From Methanotrichaceae archaeon (GTDB taxonomy: Archaea > Halobacteriota > Methanosarcinia > Methanotrichales > Methanotrichaceae): DNA of 64,000 bases. Position numbers and translations under genes: made by a program. The notes below the pieces were generated by a model, which was not told the origin of the DNA, ran no database searches, and was given only the letters and a program-made list of their open reading frames with translations. The DNA lies in NCBI GenBank assembly GCA_963813075.1, contig CAWEXU010000004.1:64001-128000 (forward strand), given 5' to 3'. Shown in pieces: positions 1 through 10,861 of this stretch; within the stretch, counting starts at the first letter, position 1; each line of letters starts with the position of its first letter.

Positions 1-441
1 AGGTACTTGCCATTCGAATATTTTCCCTTATTTAACTGATAATGGCAGCATATTGTTATCATTATTTCATATTAAAACTTACGAATTTTGTATACTGATG
101 TTTGGCTCTTAATGGTGCATCAATGGAATTGATAAAGCAATAAAGCTGCTATCCATCAAGAACGAGACACAATTCAAGCTAAGAAGATCTCGACAAGTGC
201 ATGTATGTAGATATATATTCCTGCTGTCAATGTGGATTGTCACTCCAACGCCATCAATTGCCATGTGATGCCAGATGGATTCTATAGGGGTATTTCCTGA
301 TTGGTTCTATATGTCCAAAACATCCTTACTAAACAAGCTGATCAATCATCAGTCGTTCAGGTTTCAGTATGCATGCCTGTTCTATCAGGTATGCACAATC
401 TATATGAAATAGTAGACCATCTAATTCAATAAGGTGCCCAA

Positions 442-1331
442 ATGAGGCAATGCTTGTTAGTAGGCTTTATTGTATTAATTCTGGCATGTGATGCTTGTGC
501 CAACACATGGTCGAGCAACATAGTTACCAATTCATCATCGTGGTCTATCTATCGCCACGGTAAAATATTAGCCTGAATATGACAAGTTTTGTGGAAGGCC
601 GCGTCTCTCCTTTGGAGCTTAATGGCCGATCTGTAAGTCCTCATCTCTCAACATTAGTGGAAATTGAAGAAAACGGTGTAATGCTCAAAGAAAGAACTAG
701 TGCACAGGAAGGCATTTACAGTTCAAGAGAGATGACAGATCTTTCGTCCATCGTAGATCGCGATGTTAACGCTTATATGGATAAACCGATAGGAACTACG
801 GTATATAATGTGAATTATTATGAGCAATGGCCTGTTTCGCTGACTTCAATCAAAGAAATAACATATTATGGAAAGGAAATAAATGACAGGGATTTTGAGG
901 GCAACAACCACGATTTTGTGGGCACTAACATTCTTTATAATAGAGTACTATCCAAAACACGCCGATCAGTCATGAAAATTGATCGAATGAATGCCACAGT
1001 ACATGCTACAGACGATGAAATACTCTCTGTTGAATTTCAACCTACTAAGTATTTGGGATATCTAACAGATATTCACAGCACAGGGATAGTGGATTTAAGC
1101 TATAAACAAACTGGATCATCATATGACACGAAAAGACAGACGTACTCTGTTATTAGCAATGGAAATGAACGGTATTATGGTACATTTAATATAACCAGGC
1201 TTCTGGAGATGAGATCGATTTTCAATAGCAGTATTGAGACGGAATTGGAGCCAGAGTATCTCAACCGTTCGCTGATACTAGATATCCTGATTAAAATTAT
1301 TAAATTTATATTAAATAATTCAATTAAATGA
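442..1331 (+). CDS. Secreted hypothetical protein, frameshifted near 560-570
   Basis: ATG at 442 gives signal-peptide-like MRQCLLVGFIVLILACDACA. One extra A in the run at ~562-565 would join it to ORF 579..1331. AT-rich relative to neighbours. Confidence 0.55.
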
Positions 1332-1438
1332 TTGCGCCATTCCTTCAAAACGCCTTTCTTCCAAGTGCTCAGCCAAATCAAGTGAGCGCATTTGGGCTCC
1401 GGCAACCTTTTTATCCCTCCCCCTCGCTAGCCCCTCCC

Positions 1439-2098
1439 ATGATACTTGTCTATTCCCTGGGAGGCTCCATCCTCGCCGGCCGCGATGCGAAAAGCCTGCA
1501 TGAGTACGCCGATGCCCTCCGCCAGCTGGCGGCAGAGCACCAGATCTATGTCGTCGTCGGTGGTGGCAGGATCGCCCGCGAGTACATCGAGAAGGCCCGC
1601 GCCCTGGGCGCTCCGGAGATGTTCTGCGACCTCATCGGCATCGGGGCGACAAAGCTCAACTCCGCTCTGCTCGTCGCCGCTCTTGGCTCCGCCGCCCCGC
1701 AGGAGATCCCGGAGACCTATGCCCAGGCTGCCCGCCTGGCCTGTCCAGGAAGGGTGGTGGTCATGGGCGGAGTGGCCCCCGGCCAGACCACAGACGCCGT
1801 CGCCGCCCTGCTGGCGGAGTATGTGCACGCAGACAAACTGATCGTCGCCACCTCCGTGGACGGGGTCTACACCGCCGATCCGGAAAAAGATCCCCAAGCG
1901 GAGAAGATCACCAGCATGACCCACAGCGAGCTATCAAGAATGGCTGCCCAGACGGAGATGAAAGCCGGCTCCCGCTCACCTGTCGATCCCCTGGCGGCCA
2001 AGATCATTGAGCGAAGCACAATTCCCACCTCGATCGTCCTGGGAAGCAATATTGAAAACCTGAAAAAAGGTGCCCTGGGAGGGCACAGCAGGAACTGA
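1439..2098 (+). CDS. pyrH: UMP kinase
   Basis: MILVYSLGGS, VVVGGG, GQTTDAVAA, TSVDGVYTADP motifs. The C-terminus probably has a 1-nt indel (other frame reads GTEIRQE*, stop at 2114). Confidence 0.93.
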   Translation: MILVYSLGGSILAGRDAKSLHEYADALRQLAAEHQIYVVVGGGRIAREYIEKARALGAPEMFCDLIGIGATKLNSALLVAALGSAAPQEIPETYAQAARLACPGRVVVMGGVAPGQTTDAVAALLAEYVHADKLIVATSVDGVYTADPEKDPQAEKITSMTHSELSRMAAQTEMKAGSRSPVDPLAAKIIERSTIPTSIVLGSNIENLKKGALGGHSRN

Positions 2099-2100
2099 GA

Positions 2101-2967
2101 TCAGACAGGAGTGAGGGTCTTTATCAGGTCTGCGGGGGAGACGAAGCCCCAGAGGGTGCCCTCCTCCGAGACCACCAGCTGGGCGGTGCCGGTCTTGCCC
2201 AGCATCTTGATCGCCTCGTATATGGTCTCCTCGGAGTCGATGGTTAAAAATCCCCGGCTCATGAACTCCCTCGCCTCCTGGTCACCCTTTCCTTCTGCTA
2301 TCGCCCGGACGATGTCCGTCTGGTTGACCATCCCCGGGGAGCTGTCCTCGACCAGCGCCTCCTGGACGCCGTTGTGCACCAGAATGCGTGCTGCCTCCTG
2401 CATGGAAGCGCCGGGGGGAATGCGCACTGCGCGACGGGCGATCTTCTTGATGGCCATCTTGGGCACGGATATCATCGCATCAACGTGGATGATCAGCCGG
2501 CTCATGGTGTCATCTCTGCCCCGAACGGTGCCCCGAAGGTAGAGCTTGTTCACGGGAGTGGGTCCCACCTCCACCTCATCGCCCACATTGAAGTCTCTGA
2601 TGTTGCCGATGATGCGGATGACGCCATCGCATAGCTGGGTGTGCATCACCTTGTTGAATATGAGCTCGCTGGCGGTGGTCCCCTCCATGAGCACCCCATT
2701 CCTGAGGACGGGTACAGTCACCACGTCCCCGGTGGCCTCGACATTGAGCGCCTCATAGGCAGATCCTGTGGCCCGGTAGCCTCCCTTGGGGCCCGGCACC
2801 CCCTCCACCAGATTGAGGGCTTTCAGGGATTGCATCTGATTTCGGATGGTTCCCGGATTGCGGTCAATCAGCTCGGCGATCTCCTCGCCCTTTACTGCTC
2901 TTCCTTCAACACGATAGATGTTGATCAGCGCGGTTAATATATCTCTTTGAACAGGTGTCAAATCCAT
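2101..2967 (-). CDS. wHTH (HrcA-like N-terminus) + CBS-pair transcriptional regulator
   Basis: N-terminal LTPVQRDIL...KGEEIAELIDRNPGTIRNQMQSLKALNLVEGVPGPKGGY; C-terminal CBS domains. Confidence 0.85.
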   Translation of the reverse strand: MDLTPVQRDILTALINIYRVEGRAVKGEEIAELIDRNPGTIRNQMQSLKALNLVEGVPGPKGGYRATGSAYEALNVEATGDVVTVPVLRNGVLMEGTTASELIFNKVMHTQLCDGVIRIIGNIRDFNVGDEVEVGPTPVNKLYLRGTVRGRDDTMSRLIIHVDAMISVPKMAIKKIARRAVRIPPGASMQEAARILVHNGVQEALVEDSSPGMVNQTDIVRAIAEGKGDQEAREFMSRGFLTIDSEETIYEAIKMLGKTGTAQLVVSEEGTLWGFVSPADLIKTLTPV

Positions 2968-3108
2968 GGTTAGATCAGATTGTTCATGATTAATGTCCTA
3001 TATAGATCTATTGATTGTAGGGGCCCTATAAAAATTCCTTTTAATTTAAATCCTGTTCATATCCCTCCTTGGGCGGATAAAATCTTTCTCGATGGCAGAA
3101 AAATTACC

Positions 3109-4272
3109 CTATTTTCTCATAGGGCATATTTTATCCCCTTTATGTGGAAATCGTCCCATTCGCTGCCAGATTTTCTTCACTGGCTCTTTCATAATGTTGC
3201 CCCAGGACTCCGGGTAGCAGGAGCAGGGATAGACCTCTCCAGAGGGGGTGACATGCATCCAGCTCCTGGCAGCAAAGCAGCCAAACCGACGGTAAGCGTC
3301 GGGAACAGAGAAGATCCTGGGCGCTCCCCTGGAGGAGACGAATTCCGCCAGATGGGCGTGCTCCGCAGCGGTCAGGGCCAGGCCCTCGCGACCGGACCAG
3401 CGGCCAGTGGATACCACCTCAAAGAAAGTCAGCTCGTGCGCCCCAAGGCTTCTAGCCAGCTGGTGAAATTTCTCCAGGTGGCAGAGGTTCTCCCGGCGAA
3501 TGACAACATAAAGATCGACCAACAGGCCCGCCTGAAGGGCATTTTTGACCGCCTGCGTCGCCTCGGAGAAGACGCCCTCCCTCCCTCGCATGGCATCGTG
3601 CTCCTCAGCCAGGGGGCTGTCCAGGCTGACGTTTACCGCGTACAGACCGGCCTCCTTGAGCTGCTCGGCCAGGGAGAGGGTGAATCCCGCTCCGGAGGTG
3701 AAGAGGGTGGATATAGCCCTGTCGTCCACATATCTCACCAGCTCCGGCAGCTCTCGATAGAGGGTCGGCTCTCCCCCATCGAATATCACCAGGGTGGTCC
3801 CCATATCCAGGACCTGGCCGATGAGGTCCTGGACCGTTTTCGGATCGAGGCGCAACCGGTTTCCGGAGTTGGGCAGGGCGCAGTGCGCGCAGCGGTTGGG
3901 GCACTCCTCAGTGATGGAGATCGTCACCTGGTCCGGGGTACGCAGACCCAAAAGAGAGCGGATGCGACTATTTGCCAGCCGGTCGAAGGCTTTGCCTGGC
4001 AGGGGAGGAATCCAGGTGGAGAGAGAGAGCTGCTCAGCTCCTGCCCTCACTGCCAGCTGGCCATCGAATAGCTCCAAGCTGGACCTGATCACGGGAAGAA
4101 AGGCAAGAGGTCCCTTAACCCTGATCTTCACCCGCTCGCCTTCCAGACTGGCCTCCGCCTGGACCAGAGGGCTGCGATAGAGGGGATAGGACCGTCCTAT
4201 GAAGGTATCAGAACTGGATTCTTTGTCAACCCGGTCGGGATTCATCCTTGCTTCCCTCACCTTTCCCCTCAA
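3109..4272 (-). CDS. Radical SAM protein with SPASM/Twitch extension
   Basis: [20 protein letters not shown]-terminal GCFAA...[11 protein letters not shown]. Confidence 0.88.
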   Translation of the reverse strand: MRGKVREARMNPDRVDKESSSDTFIGRSYPLYRSPLVQAEASLEGERVKIRVKGPLAFLPVIRSSLELFDGQLAVRAGAEQLSLSTWIPPLPGKAFDRLANSRIRSLLGLRTPDQVTISITEECPNRCAHCALPNSGNRLRLDPKTVQDLIGQVLDMGTTLVIFDGGEPTLYRELPELVRYVDDRAISTLFTSGAGFTLSLAEQLKEAGLYAVNVSLDSPLAEEHDAMRGREGVFSEATQAVKNALQAGLLVDLYVVIRRENLCHLEKFHQLARSLGAHELTFFEVVSTGRWSGREGLALTAAEHAHLAEFVSSRGAPRIFSVPDAYRRFGCFAARSWMHVTPSGEVYPCSCYPESWGNIMKEPVKKIWQRMGRFPHKGDKICPMRK

Positions 4273-4607
4273 TAGACATCCTGGGGGTCGAAGACCTTCT
4301 CCCCCACCACCCGGCCATCAATGGTCCGATAAAAGCAGGATCTATAACCGGTATGACAGGCACCGCCCTCCTGCTCGATCAGGAGCAGTATGGCGTCCTC
4401 ATCACAGTCCACCCTGATCTCCCGGACAAGCTGAAAGTGCCCGGAGGACTCCCCCTTCAGCCAGAGCTTATTTCGCGATCGGGACCAGTAATGAGCCCTG
4501 CCGGTCTCCCGGGTCTTGGCCAGGGCCTCGTCGTTCATATAGGCCAGCATCAGCACCTCTCCTGTCCTCCAGTCCTGGGCGATGGCCGGAATCAACCTCT
4601 CTTTCAT
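4269..4607 (-). CDS. hisI: Phosphoribosyl-AMP cyclohydrolase
   Basis: [30 protein letters not shown]. Confidence 0.96.
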   Translation of the reverse strand: MKERLIPAIAQDWRTGEVLMLAYMNDEALAKTRETGRAHYWSRSRNKLWLKGESSGHFQLVREIRVDCDEDAILLLIEQEGGACHTGYRSCFYRTIDGRVVGEKVFDPQDVY

Positions 4608-4695
4608 CGAAAAAATGGTAGTGGATATATCCTATAAGGGCCTTGCCCAGATGGAAGGAAGAGGGCATCTTTCAGATTAGTGATAAAGGAGAACT

Positions 4696-5865
4696 ATGAG
4701 CTGCATCACCTGCAAGGGCCGGGGAGAGTGTGGCCAGCCAGTCTGTCCAATAGTCCGCCGACTGGAGGAGCTGGTATCCATCCCCAGGATCGGCAGTCAT
4801 ATGGAGGGATTCACCCCACCGGAGGTCTTCGTAGGCAGGTCCGGCTATCCCCTGGTCAGAGCGGGCCCCGTCATCCCCTCTACCCAGGCCGAAGAGCTGC
4901 CTCATCTGGGGATGAACATGGACCAGATCATCTCCGCCCGCCTGGGGATGGTCCGCTCCGAGACCAAAATTAGGGTATTGGAGGCAGGTGAGCCTGGAAG
5001 GCTTCTGGAGGCCTGCCAGCAGATCGCCATGTCCTCCGCCCCGGTGGGAACGGAGGTCTCCTTCATCAAACCGCCCCGGAGAAGGTTGCAATTCGATGGC
5101 GTCCTCTCCCCTACCGGTCCATCCGGGGAGCTGGATAAGATGGAGATCACCACCAATCCCCTCATCCCTCGCAAGGTGGACCAGATCGTCCTGGACCGGG
5201 GTGCGCCGACGGATGTGGCAATAGCCGAGCTTTACTCTGCAGGTATCGGTATTGATCACCTCTCCCGACTGCTCTCCATTGGCCTGTTGGGCAAGAAGAG
5301 GAGGCTTGTGCCAACCCGCTGGTCCATAACGGCATCCGACGACATGATCGGCAAGAGGCTGAAGGATGAAGTTCTTGATTTTCCTCTGGTCAAAGGCTAC
5401 TATTTATTCTCCGGGGAGGAGCTGGGAAACCACTTTGAGGTCCTCCTTTCTCCCCGGCCCTTCAGCTTCGAGCTGATTGAGATCTGGCGGCCTCATTCCC
5501 TCTGGGCGGAGGAGGGATTTATTGGTCGGGATGAGGAGGACGCCCGCCCCAAAAAGGGCTACAGCCCTCTGGCCGGCGGATACTATGCTGCCCGTCTCGC
5601 CGTGACTGAGCATCTCATGCGTTGGGGTCGGCAGGCCGGGGTCCTGGCGGTAAGAGAGATCTCTGAGGAGTACAGGATTCCTCTGGGGGTCTGGGTGGTG
5701 CGGGAGGTGGCGCGAAAGGCGATGTGCTCAGAGCCCATGCGCTTTGACTCCCTCTCCTCCGCCCGAGAGGTGATGGCCAGCCGGTTGCATACCCCGGCCG
5801 GCTTATGGCTCAAGAAGGCGGCCCTCTTTACCGGATCGACACAGAGGAGTCTGAACGAGTTCTAG
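4696..5865 (+). CDS. nreA: Nre family DNA repair protein (PCNA-interacting)
   Basis: N-terminal CxxCKG..CG...CP, VFVGR.GYP, LVPTRWSITA.D, GGYYAARL; C-terminal PIP box QRSLNEF. Confidence 0.9.
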   Translation: MSCITCKGRGECGQPVCPIVRRLEELVSIPRIGSHMEGFTPPEVFVGRSGYPLVRAGPVIPSTQAEELPHLGMNMDQIISARLGMVRSETKIRVLEAGEPGRLLEACQQIAMSSAPVGTEVSFIKPPRRRLQFDGVLSPTGPSGELDKMEITTNPLIPRKVDQIVLDRGAPTDVAIAELYSAGIGIDHLSRLLSIGLLGKKRRLVPTRWSITASDDMIGKRLKDEVLDFPLVKGYYLFSGEELGNHFEVLLSPRPFSFELIEIWRPHSLWAEEGFIGRDEEDARPKKGYSPLAGGYYAARLAVTEHLMRWGRQAGVLAVREISEEYRIPLGVWVVREVARKAMCSEPMRFDSLSSAREVMASRLHTPAGLWLKKAALFTGSTQRSLNEF

Positions 5866-6296
5866 CTCAGATGATGAAGAGGCTCTTCGCTGTATCGAGT
5901 GGCTAGCGGGATAATTAATCCTGGTGGTTTACGGAATACGGAATAAAACCTCAGAGTCACAGAGCGCACAAAGGATCATGAAAAAATGTCGAATTCCTGT
6001 GACGGGCGCACGAACCCACACCAAACAGCGAGGAGCCGATGAAGATATGGTGAAGAAGGGAAATTATATTTGAAGCGGTAAATAGGAGGGGGGCAAAAGT
6101 CAGCCGTTCAGGTGGGAAAGAAATGGAGATTCGACCTTTGCCATTAGTTACATACGGCAATTGCCGAGAATATAAGGATTTCGGTACAGGTTTTTTAGGA
6201 CGAACTCAGGGCTAATCCCCGCTTTTCAAAGGCGGGATACAGCCCGTGCCTATCGATAGGTATATATACATATGGTAACCATATGTGTAATTCAGA

Positions 6297-6707
6297 ATGA
6301 CTAAGCAAGAGCATTGGATAAGCGCAAGAGGATGCGTCTATAACGTGTATTACCACTTTGTATGGTCAACAAAGTATCGAAGGAAGGTTCTTATTGGTTC
6401 AATCGCCGAAGACCTTCATTGGTTGCATGAATTGATAGCAAAGCAGAAGGGAATTACATTGATCAATCAGGAGATCCTGCCGGATCATGTTCACCTCTTC
6501 ATGACAGCTCATCCTATATTTGCTCCTGCTAACATTGCCAAGATCTTCAAAGGCATTACGGCAAAGAAGCTCTTTGAAACGCATCCTGAACTAAGAGATC
6601 AGCTTTGGGATGGCCATCTTTGGAATCCATCTTACTATGTTGGCACTTGTGGAGATGCTACCAAGGATGTAATAGAACGATATGTAGAGATGCAAAAGGT
6701 GAAGTGA
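6297..6707 (+). CDS. tnpA: IS200-type Y1 (HUH) transposase
   Basis: YHFVWSTKYRR, DHVHLF (HUH), LWNPSYYVGT, IERYV catalytic Tyr region. Confidence 0.96.
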   Translation: MTKQEHWISARGCVYNVYYHFVWSTKYRRKVLIGSIAEDLHWLHELIAKQKGITLINQEILPDHVHLFMTAHPIFAPANIAKIFKGITAKKLFETHPELRDQLWDGHLWNPSYYVGTCGDATKDVIERYVEMQKVK

Positions 6708-6708
6708 T

Positions 6709-7809
6709 TTGCTGAAAGTGCTTCGCTATAGGATCTATCCTACAAAATCTCAGAGAACCAAGATGGCTGACACCTTGGAGCTTTGCAGATGGACCTATAA
6801 CGAAGTACTAGCCATCAGGAAGAACGCTTACGAACAAGAAGGCAAATCTCTCTCCTATTACGATACCAAGAAGCTTTTGCCAGGATGGAAAGAAGAAAAG
6901 CTCGAATTGAAAGAAGTCCATTCTCAGGTTCTACAGGAAGTCGTCAAAAGAGTTGATTTGGCCTATCAAGCCTTCTTCCGAAGAGTCGAGGCAGGAGAAA
7001 ACCCGGGATATCCCAGGTTCAAGGGCTATGGCAGGTACGATAGCTTCACCTATACTCAATCAGGCTTTTCCCTGAAACCTGGCAAACTATGGTTATCCAA
7101 GATCGGAGATATCAAGATCAAGCTTCATAGAGCTGTAGATGGAGAAATCCAGAGGCTTAATATCAGAATAATGCCTACCGGAAAATGGTTTATATCCTTC
7201 CTGGTTGAAGTTGAACCAGATGAACCTCTTCCGAATACCGGATTATCAATAGGCGTTGATGTGGGTTTGAAAAGCTTCATCACCCTATCAGATGGCGAGC
7301 AGGTAGATAATCCAAGATTTTTTGTTCATGAAGAAAATGCTCTGGCAAAGGCTCAAAGAAAGCTATCAAATGCAGAAAAAGGAACACCGGAAAGGGCTAG
7401 AGCCTTAAAAGTGGTTCATAGGGTTCATGAAAGAATTACCAACAAGAGGGATGATTTTGTTCAAAAACTCTCCATATCCCTGGTTAAATCCTATGACTTT
7501 ATAGCCTTCGAAGACTTGAATATCAATGGCATGGTCAAGAATCGTTGTCTTGCAAAGCATATATCGGATGCTGCTTGGAGCAAACTAATAACTACCACAT
7601 CTTACAAGGCAGAATGGGCCGGTAAACGTGTCGAACTAGTGAATCCCAAAAACACATCTCAAATATGCTCTGGTTGCGGTAAAGTGGTTCAAAAAGATCT
7701 ATCAGAAAGAGTCCATAGTTGTCCTTTCTGTGGTCTGACTCTGGATAGGGACCATAACGCCGCTATAAACATTCTCAGACTGGGGCTACAGTCTGTGGCG
7801 AAAGCCTAG
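6709..7809 (+). CDS. tnpB: TnpB RNA-guided endonuclease
   Basis: RIYPT N-terminus, RuvC residues GVDVG / FEDL / DRDHNAAINI, Zn finger CSGC..CPFC. Confidence 0.96.
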   Translation: MLKVLRYRIYPTKSQRTKMADTLELCRWTYNEVLAIRKNAYEQEGKSLSYYDTKKLLPGWKEEKLELKEVHSQVLQEVVKRVDLAYQAFFRRVEAGENPGYPRFKGYGRYDSFTYTQSGFSLKPGKLWLSKIGDIKIKLHRAVDGEIQRLNIRIMPTGKWFISFLVEVEPDEPLPNTGLSIGVDVGLKSFITLSDGEQVDNPRFFVHEENALAKAQRKLSNAEKGTPERARALKVVHRVHERITNKRDDFVQKLSISLVKSYDFIAFEDLNINGMVKNRCLAKHISDAAWSKLITTTSYKAEWAGKRVELVNPKNTSQICSGCGKVVQKDLSERVHSCPFCGLTLDRDHNAAINILRLGLQSVAKA

Positions 7810-7880
7810 ATGCCTGCCAATTTATTGGTGGGAGTGGTCACTTCAAGATGATTGAGAGAATGATGCCCCATCCCGGGCAT

Positions 7881-10544
7881 TCATCTCAATCCAGAGAGGA
7901 TCTTTTTCATCACCTCTGCCGCCACTATCACCAGCAATCCCGTTGTCAGGATGAGAATCCAGCTCTCAGATGTAAGCGGCCGGGTCTCGAATATGAACTG
8001 CATGAAAGGAATGTAGACCACCGCCAGTATGGACAGAATTGAGGCCGCGATTCCCATGAGCAGGGTCTTGTTCCCCAGAGGATTCATCCTGAAGACGGAC
8101 TCCTGCAAAGAGCGGCTGCTGTAGGCATTGTAAACCGTGAAAAAGCCCAGGCCCACGAAGGCCACCGTCCGGGCATAGCTCACATCGGGATTCGATTGCA
8201 GAGTTAGTATGTACATCCCCAGTGTCCCGGCCACAATGGCGGCGGCGATTCCCAGGGTATAGATCATCAGAGAGCGGGAGGGCATCGATTCCTTGGGATC
8301 ACGTGGCTTTCTTTTCATGATATCGGAGTGAGAGGGTTCTAATGCCAGGCCGATGGCGGGAAACTCCTCTGCCACCACATTGATCCACAGGATCTGGGCG
8401 GCGAGGAGAGGGAGAGGAAATCCCAGGGCAACGGCGAAGAAGATGGTGGCCAGCTCGGCAAAACTGACCGAGAGGAGATAGGAGGTGCCTTTTCGGATAT
8501 TGTCGAAGATCCGCCTCCCCTCCTCGATGGCGCTGACGATGGTGGCGAAGTTGTCGTCAGCGATCACCATATCGGAGGCCTCTTTGGTGACCTCGGTCCC
8601 CGTCCGGCCCATAGCCACGCCGATATCGGCAGCAGTCAGAGCAGGGGCGTCGTTTACCCCGTCCCCGGTCATGGCCACGATATGGCCTCTTGCTTTCAGG
8701 GCCTCCACTATGCGCACCTTGTGCTCTGCGGTGACCCGGGCGAATACGGATACCTCATCTATGTGCTCACGCAGATCCTCGGCGCTCATCCGGTCCAGCT
8801 GGACCCCCTCGATCACCTCTCCGTTGCCTATACCCAGCTCTTTGCCGATGGCCCTGGCGGTCAGGCGGTGGTCTCCGGTGATCATAACCGTCCTGATGCC
8901 CGCCATCTTGCTGATTCTTATCGCCTCAGGGACCTCCTTTCTCGGCGGGTCCATCATGCCGGTCAGGCCGGCGAAGATCAGCCCGGACTCTATTAAATCG
9001 ATGCTGTCAGCTTCTGCAGGATCGTTGATAGATATGGGCTTCCAGGCGAGAGCTAAAACCCGCAGAGCGTTCTCTGCCATATCGTCCGCCTCTGCCAGGA
9101 TCCTTCTTTTATCCTCGTCCGTCAGGGTCTTGGTCCCATTGGGGCTGATGGTTTCTGTGCAGTGGCTCAGCACCACCTCTGGAGCACCTTTCATGGAGAC
9201 GACATGGCCCTCTCGCTTCACCTCGTCGACGGTGGTCATCCTCATGCGCTCGGAGTCAAAGGGGTACTCAATGAACCTGATGCTGCCGTCTTTTATCTTA
9301 TCGAGAATCGCTGCCTTCCTGGCGGCCACGATCAGCGCTCCCTCTGTGGGATCGCCCACCACACGCCAGCCGCCATTGGCCTTCTCTATGGCAGAGTTGT
9401 TGGCATGCACTCCAATCTTGAGAATTCTCGCCAGGTCCTCTTCTGTGGGGTCAAGCTTTGCTCCATTGGAGGTGAACTGGCCGACTGGATCGTATCCAGC
9501 TCCTGTGACCTCGATCTTTCTGTAGGTGCGAATCTCCCGGAGGGTCATCTCTCCTGTGGTCAGGGTGCCGGTCTTATCGGTGCAGATCACCGTGGTCGAG
9601 CCCAGAGTCTCCACCTCAGGGAGCCTTCTGATGATGGCGTTCTTCTTTGCCATGGCCTGGGTTCCAAAGGCCAGGGCCAGTGTGACTATGAAAGGAAGGG
9701 CTTCAGGGATGCCGGCTACCGCCAGGGCGATGGAGGCGATGAGGGCATCTATGACCGGCAACCCCCGGCTTAACATGAGGATGAAGACGATCGCCGATAT
9801 CACCATCACTAAAAAGGCCTGCCTCTTCGCCAGCTGCTGGAGCTTGATCTTGAGAGGAGGCTCCGACTGCTCCTGCTTCATCAGGCCGGAGATCAATCCC
9901 AGCTCTGTGCTGCGACCGGTGGCGGTGACTATTGCCCGGCAGTTGCCCTGAGAAACTATGGTCCCCATGAAGACCATATTCTTCCGGTCTGCCAGCGCTA
10001 TATCCTCGGGCAGGGGCAGGGCCAATTTCTCCACCGGCATGGACTCTCCGGTTAAAGAGGACTCGATGACCTGAAGGGAGGTCACCTCCAGGATGCGGCC
10101 ATCGGCTGGTACCTTATCCCCTGCCTCCAGGAAGACCACGTCTCCTGGAACAAGGTCTGCAGCTGGGATGGCGCTCATCCTGCCGTCTCTGATCACATCC
10201 GCCTCCGGGGCCACCATCTCCCTCAGCGCCTCCATGGCCTTCTCCGCCTTGTACTCCTGGACGAAGCCGATGATGGCAACCAAAACGACGATCCCTAAAA
10301 TGACATAGGCATTGGTGGTCTCTCCGGCGATAAAAGATATGATAGCGGCAAATACCAGCACCAGGACCATATAATCTTTGAACTTGCCGATGAAGATTTT
10401 CAATGGGGAGGGTTTGGTGGGGCTCTCAAGCTGATTGGGGCCGTGCTGGGAGAGCCTCTCTTTTGCCTGCTCTGAGCTTATGCCTTTCAGGTCAGAATCC
10501 AGCTTGGATAAGACCTCTTCCGTTGTCATTGTGTGCCAGTTCAC
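7881..10544 (-). CDS. P-type cation-transporting ATPase (type II, Ca2+-ATPase-like)
   Basis: TGES, IPEAL, DKTGT, KGAPE, MITGD, GDGVND motifs. Confidence 0.95.
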   Translation of the reverse strand: MNWHTMTTEEVLSKLDSDLKGISSEQAKERLSQHGPNQLESPTKPSPLKIFIGKFKDYMVLVLVFAAIISFIAGETTNAYVILGIVVLVAIIGFVQEYKAEKAMEALREMVAPEADVIRDGRMSAIPAADLVPGDVVFLEAGDKVPADGRILEVTSLQVIESSLTGESMPVEKLALPLPEDIALADRKNMVFMGTIVSQGNCRAIVTATGRSTELGLISGLMKQEQSEPPLKIKLQQLAKRQAFLVMVISAIVFILMLSRGLPVIDALIASIALAVAGIPEALPFIVTLALAFGTQAMAKKNAIIRRLPEVETLGSTTVICTDKTGTLTTGEMTLREIRTYRKIEVTGAGYDPVGQFTSNGAKLDPTEEDLARILKIGVHANNSAIEKANGGWRVVGDPTEGALIVAARKAAILDKIKDGSIRFIEYPFDSERMRMTTVDEVKREGHVVSMKGAPEVVLSHCTETISPNGTKTLTDEDKRRILAEADDMAENALRVLALAWKPISINDPAEADSIDLIESGLIFAGLTGMMDPPRKEVPEAIRISKMAGIRTVMITGDHRLTARAIGKELGIGNGEVIEGVQLDRMSAEDLREHIDEVSVFARVTAEHKVRIVEALKARGHIVAMTGDGVNDAPALTAADIGVAMGRTGTEVTKEASDMVIADDNFATIVSAIEEGRRIFDNIRKGTSYLLSVSFAELATIFFAVALGFPLPLLAAQILWINVVAEEFPAIGLALEPSHSDIMKRKPRDPKESMPSRSLMIYTLGIAAAIVAGTLGMYILTLQSNPDVSYARTVAFVGLGFFTVYNAYSSRSLQESVFRMNPLGNKTLLMGIAASILSILAVVYIPFMQFIFETRPLTSESWILILTTGLLVIVAAEVMKKILSGLR

Positions 10545-10861
10545 AGTTTTTCAGACCCCTATCGCATTGGGATAAAGGAGAGTCCGTCAATTGTAGAAAT
10601 ACTTAACGCTGATTATTCTGGAATCCTGAGACTATTCAATTTTTCCTTTATCAGGGCGGCCCTTCGACAGGTTTATGTATCATCAGTCTAACCGAAAAAA
10701 ACGTGCCTCTGAATACATCAAAGATCCCAATTATCAATTACAGAACCATGCTCTCAAAGCAGCAGAGGCTGGCATTGGGAGTCTGGAGCCACACAGTCTT
10801 TTCTTTCTTTTGAGGGCAACTGGCAGTTGCCCGGAAAATCAATCAGAGCAGGGACGATACT

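Larger units (their letters stand above)
6199..7841 (+). mobile_element. IS200/IS605-family element (tnpA + tnpB, same orientation)
   Basis: Left subterminal hairpin 6209-6245 (gggct..atccccgc-ttttcaaa-ggcgggat..agccc). Right hairpin 7813-7832 followed by GTGGTCAC ending at 7841. Lower GC than flanks. Left boundary approximate. Confidence 0.9.

Noticed and set aside
5871..5930. C/D box sRNA starting at ATGATGA
   Set aside because: No matching box D (CTGA) at suitable distance.
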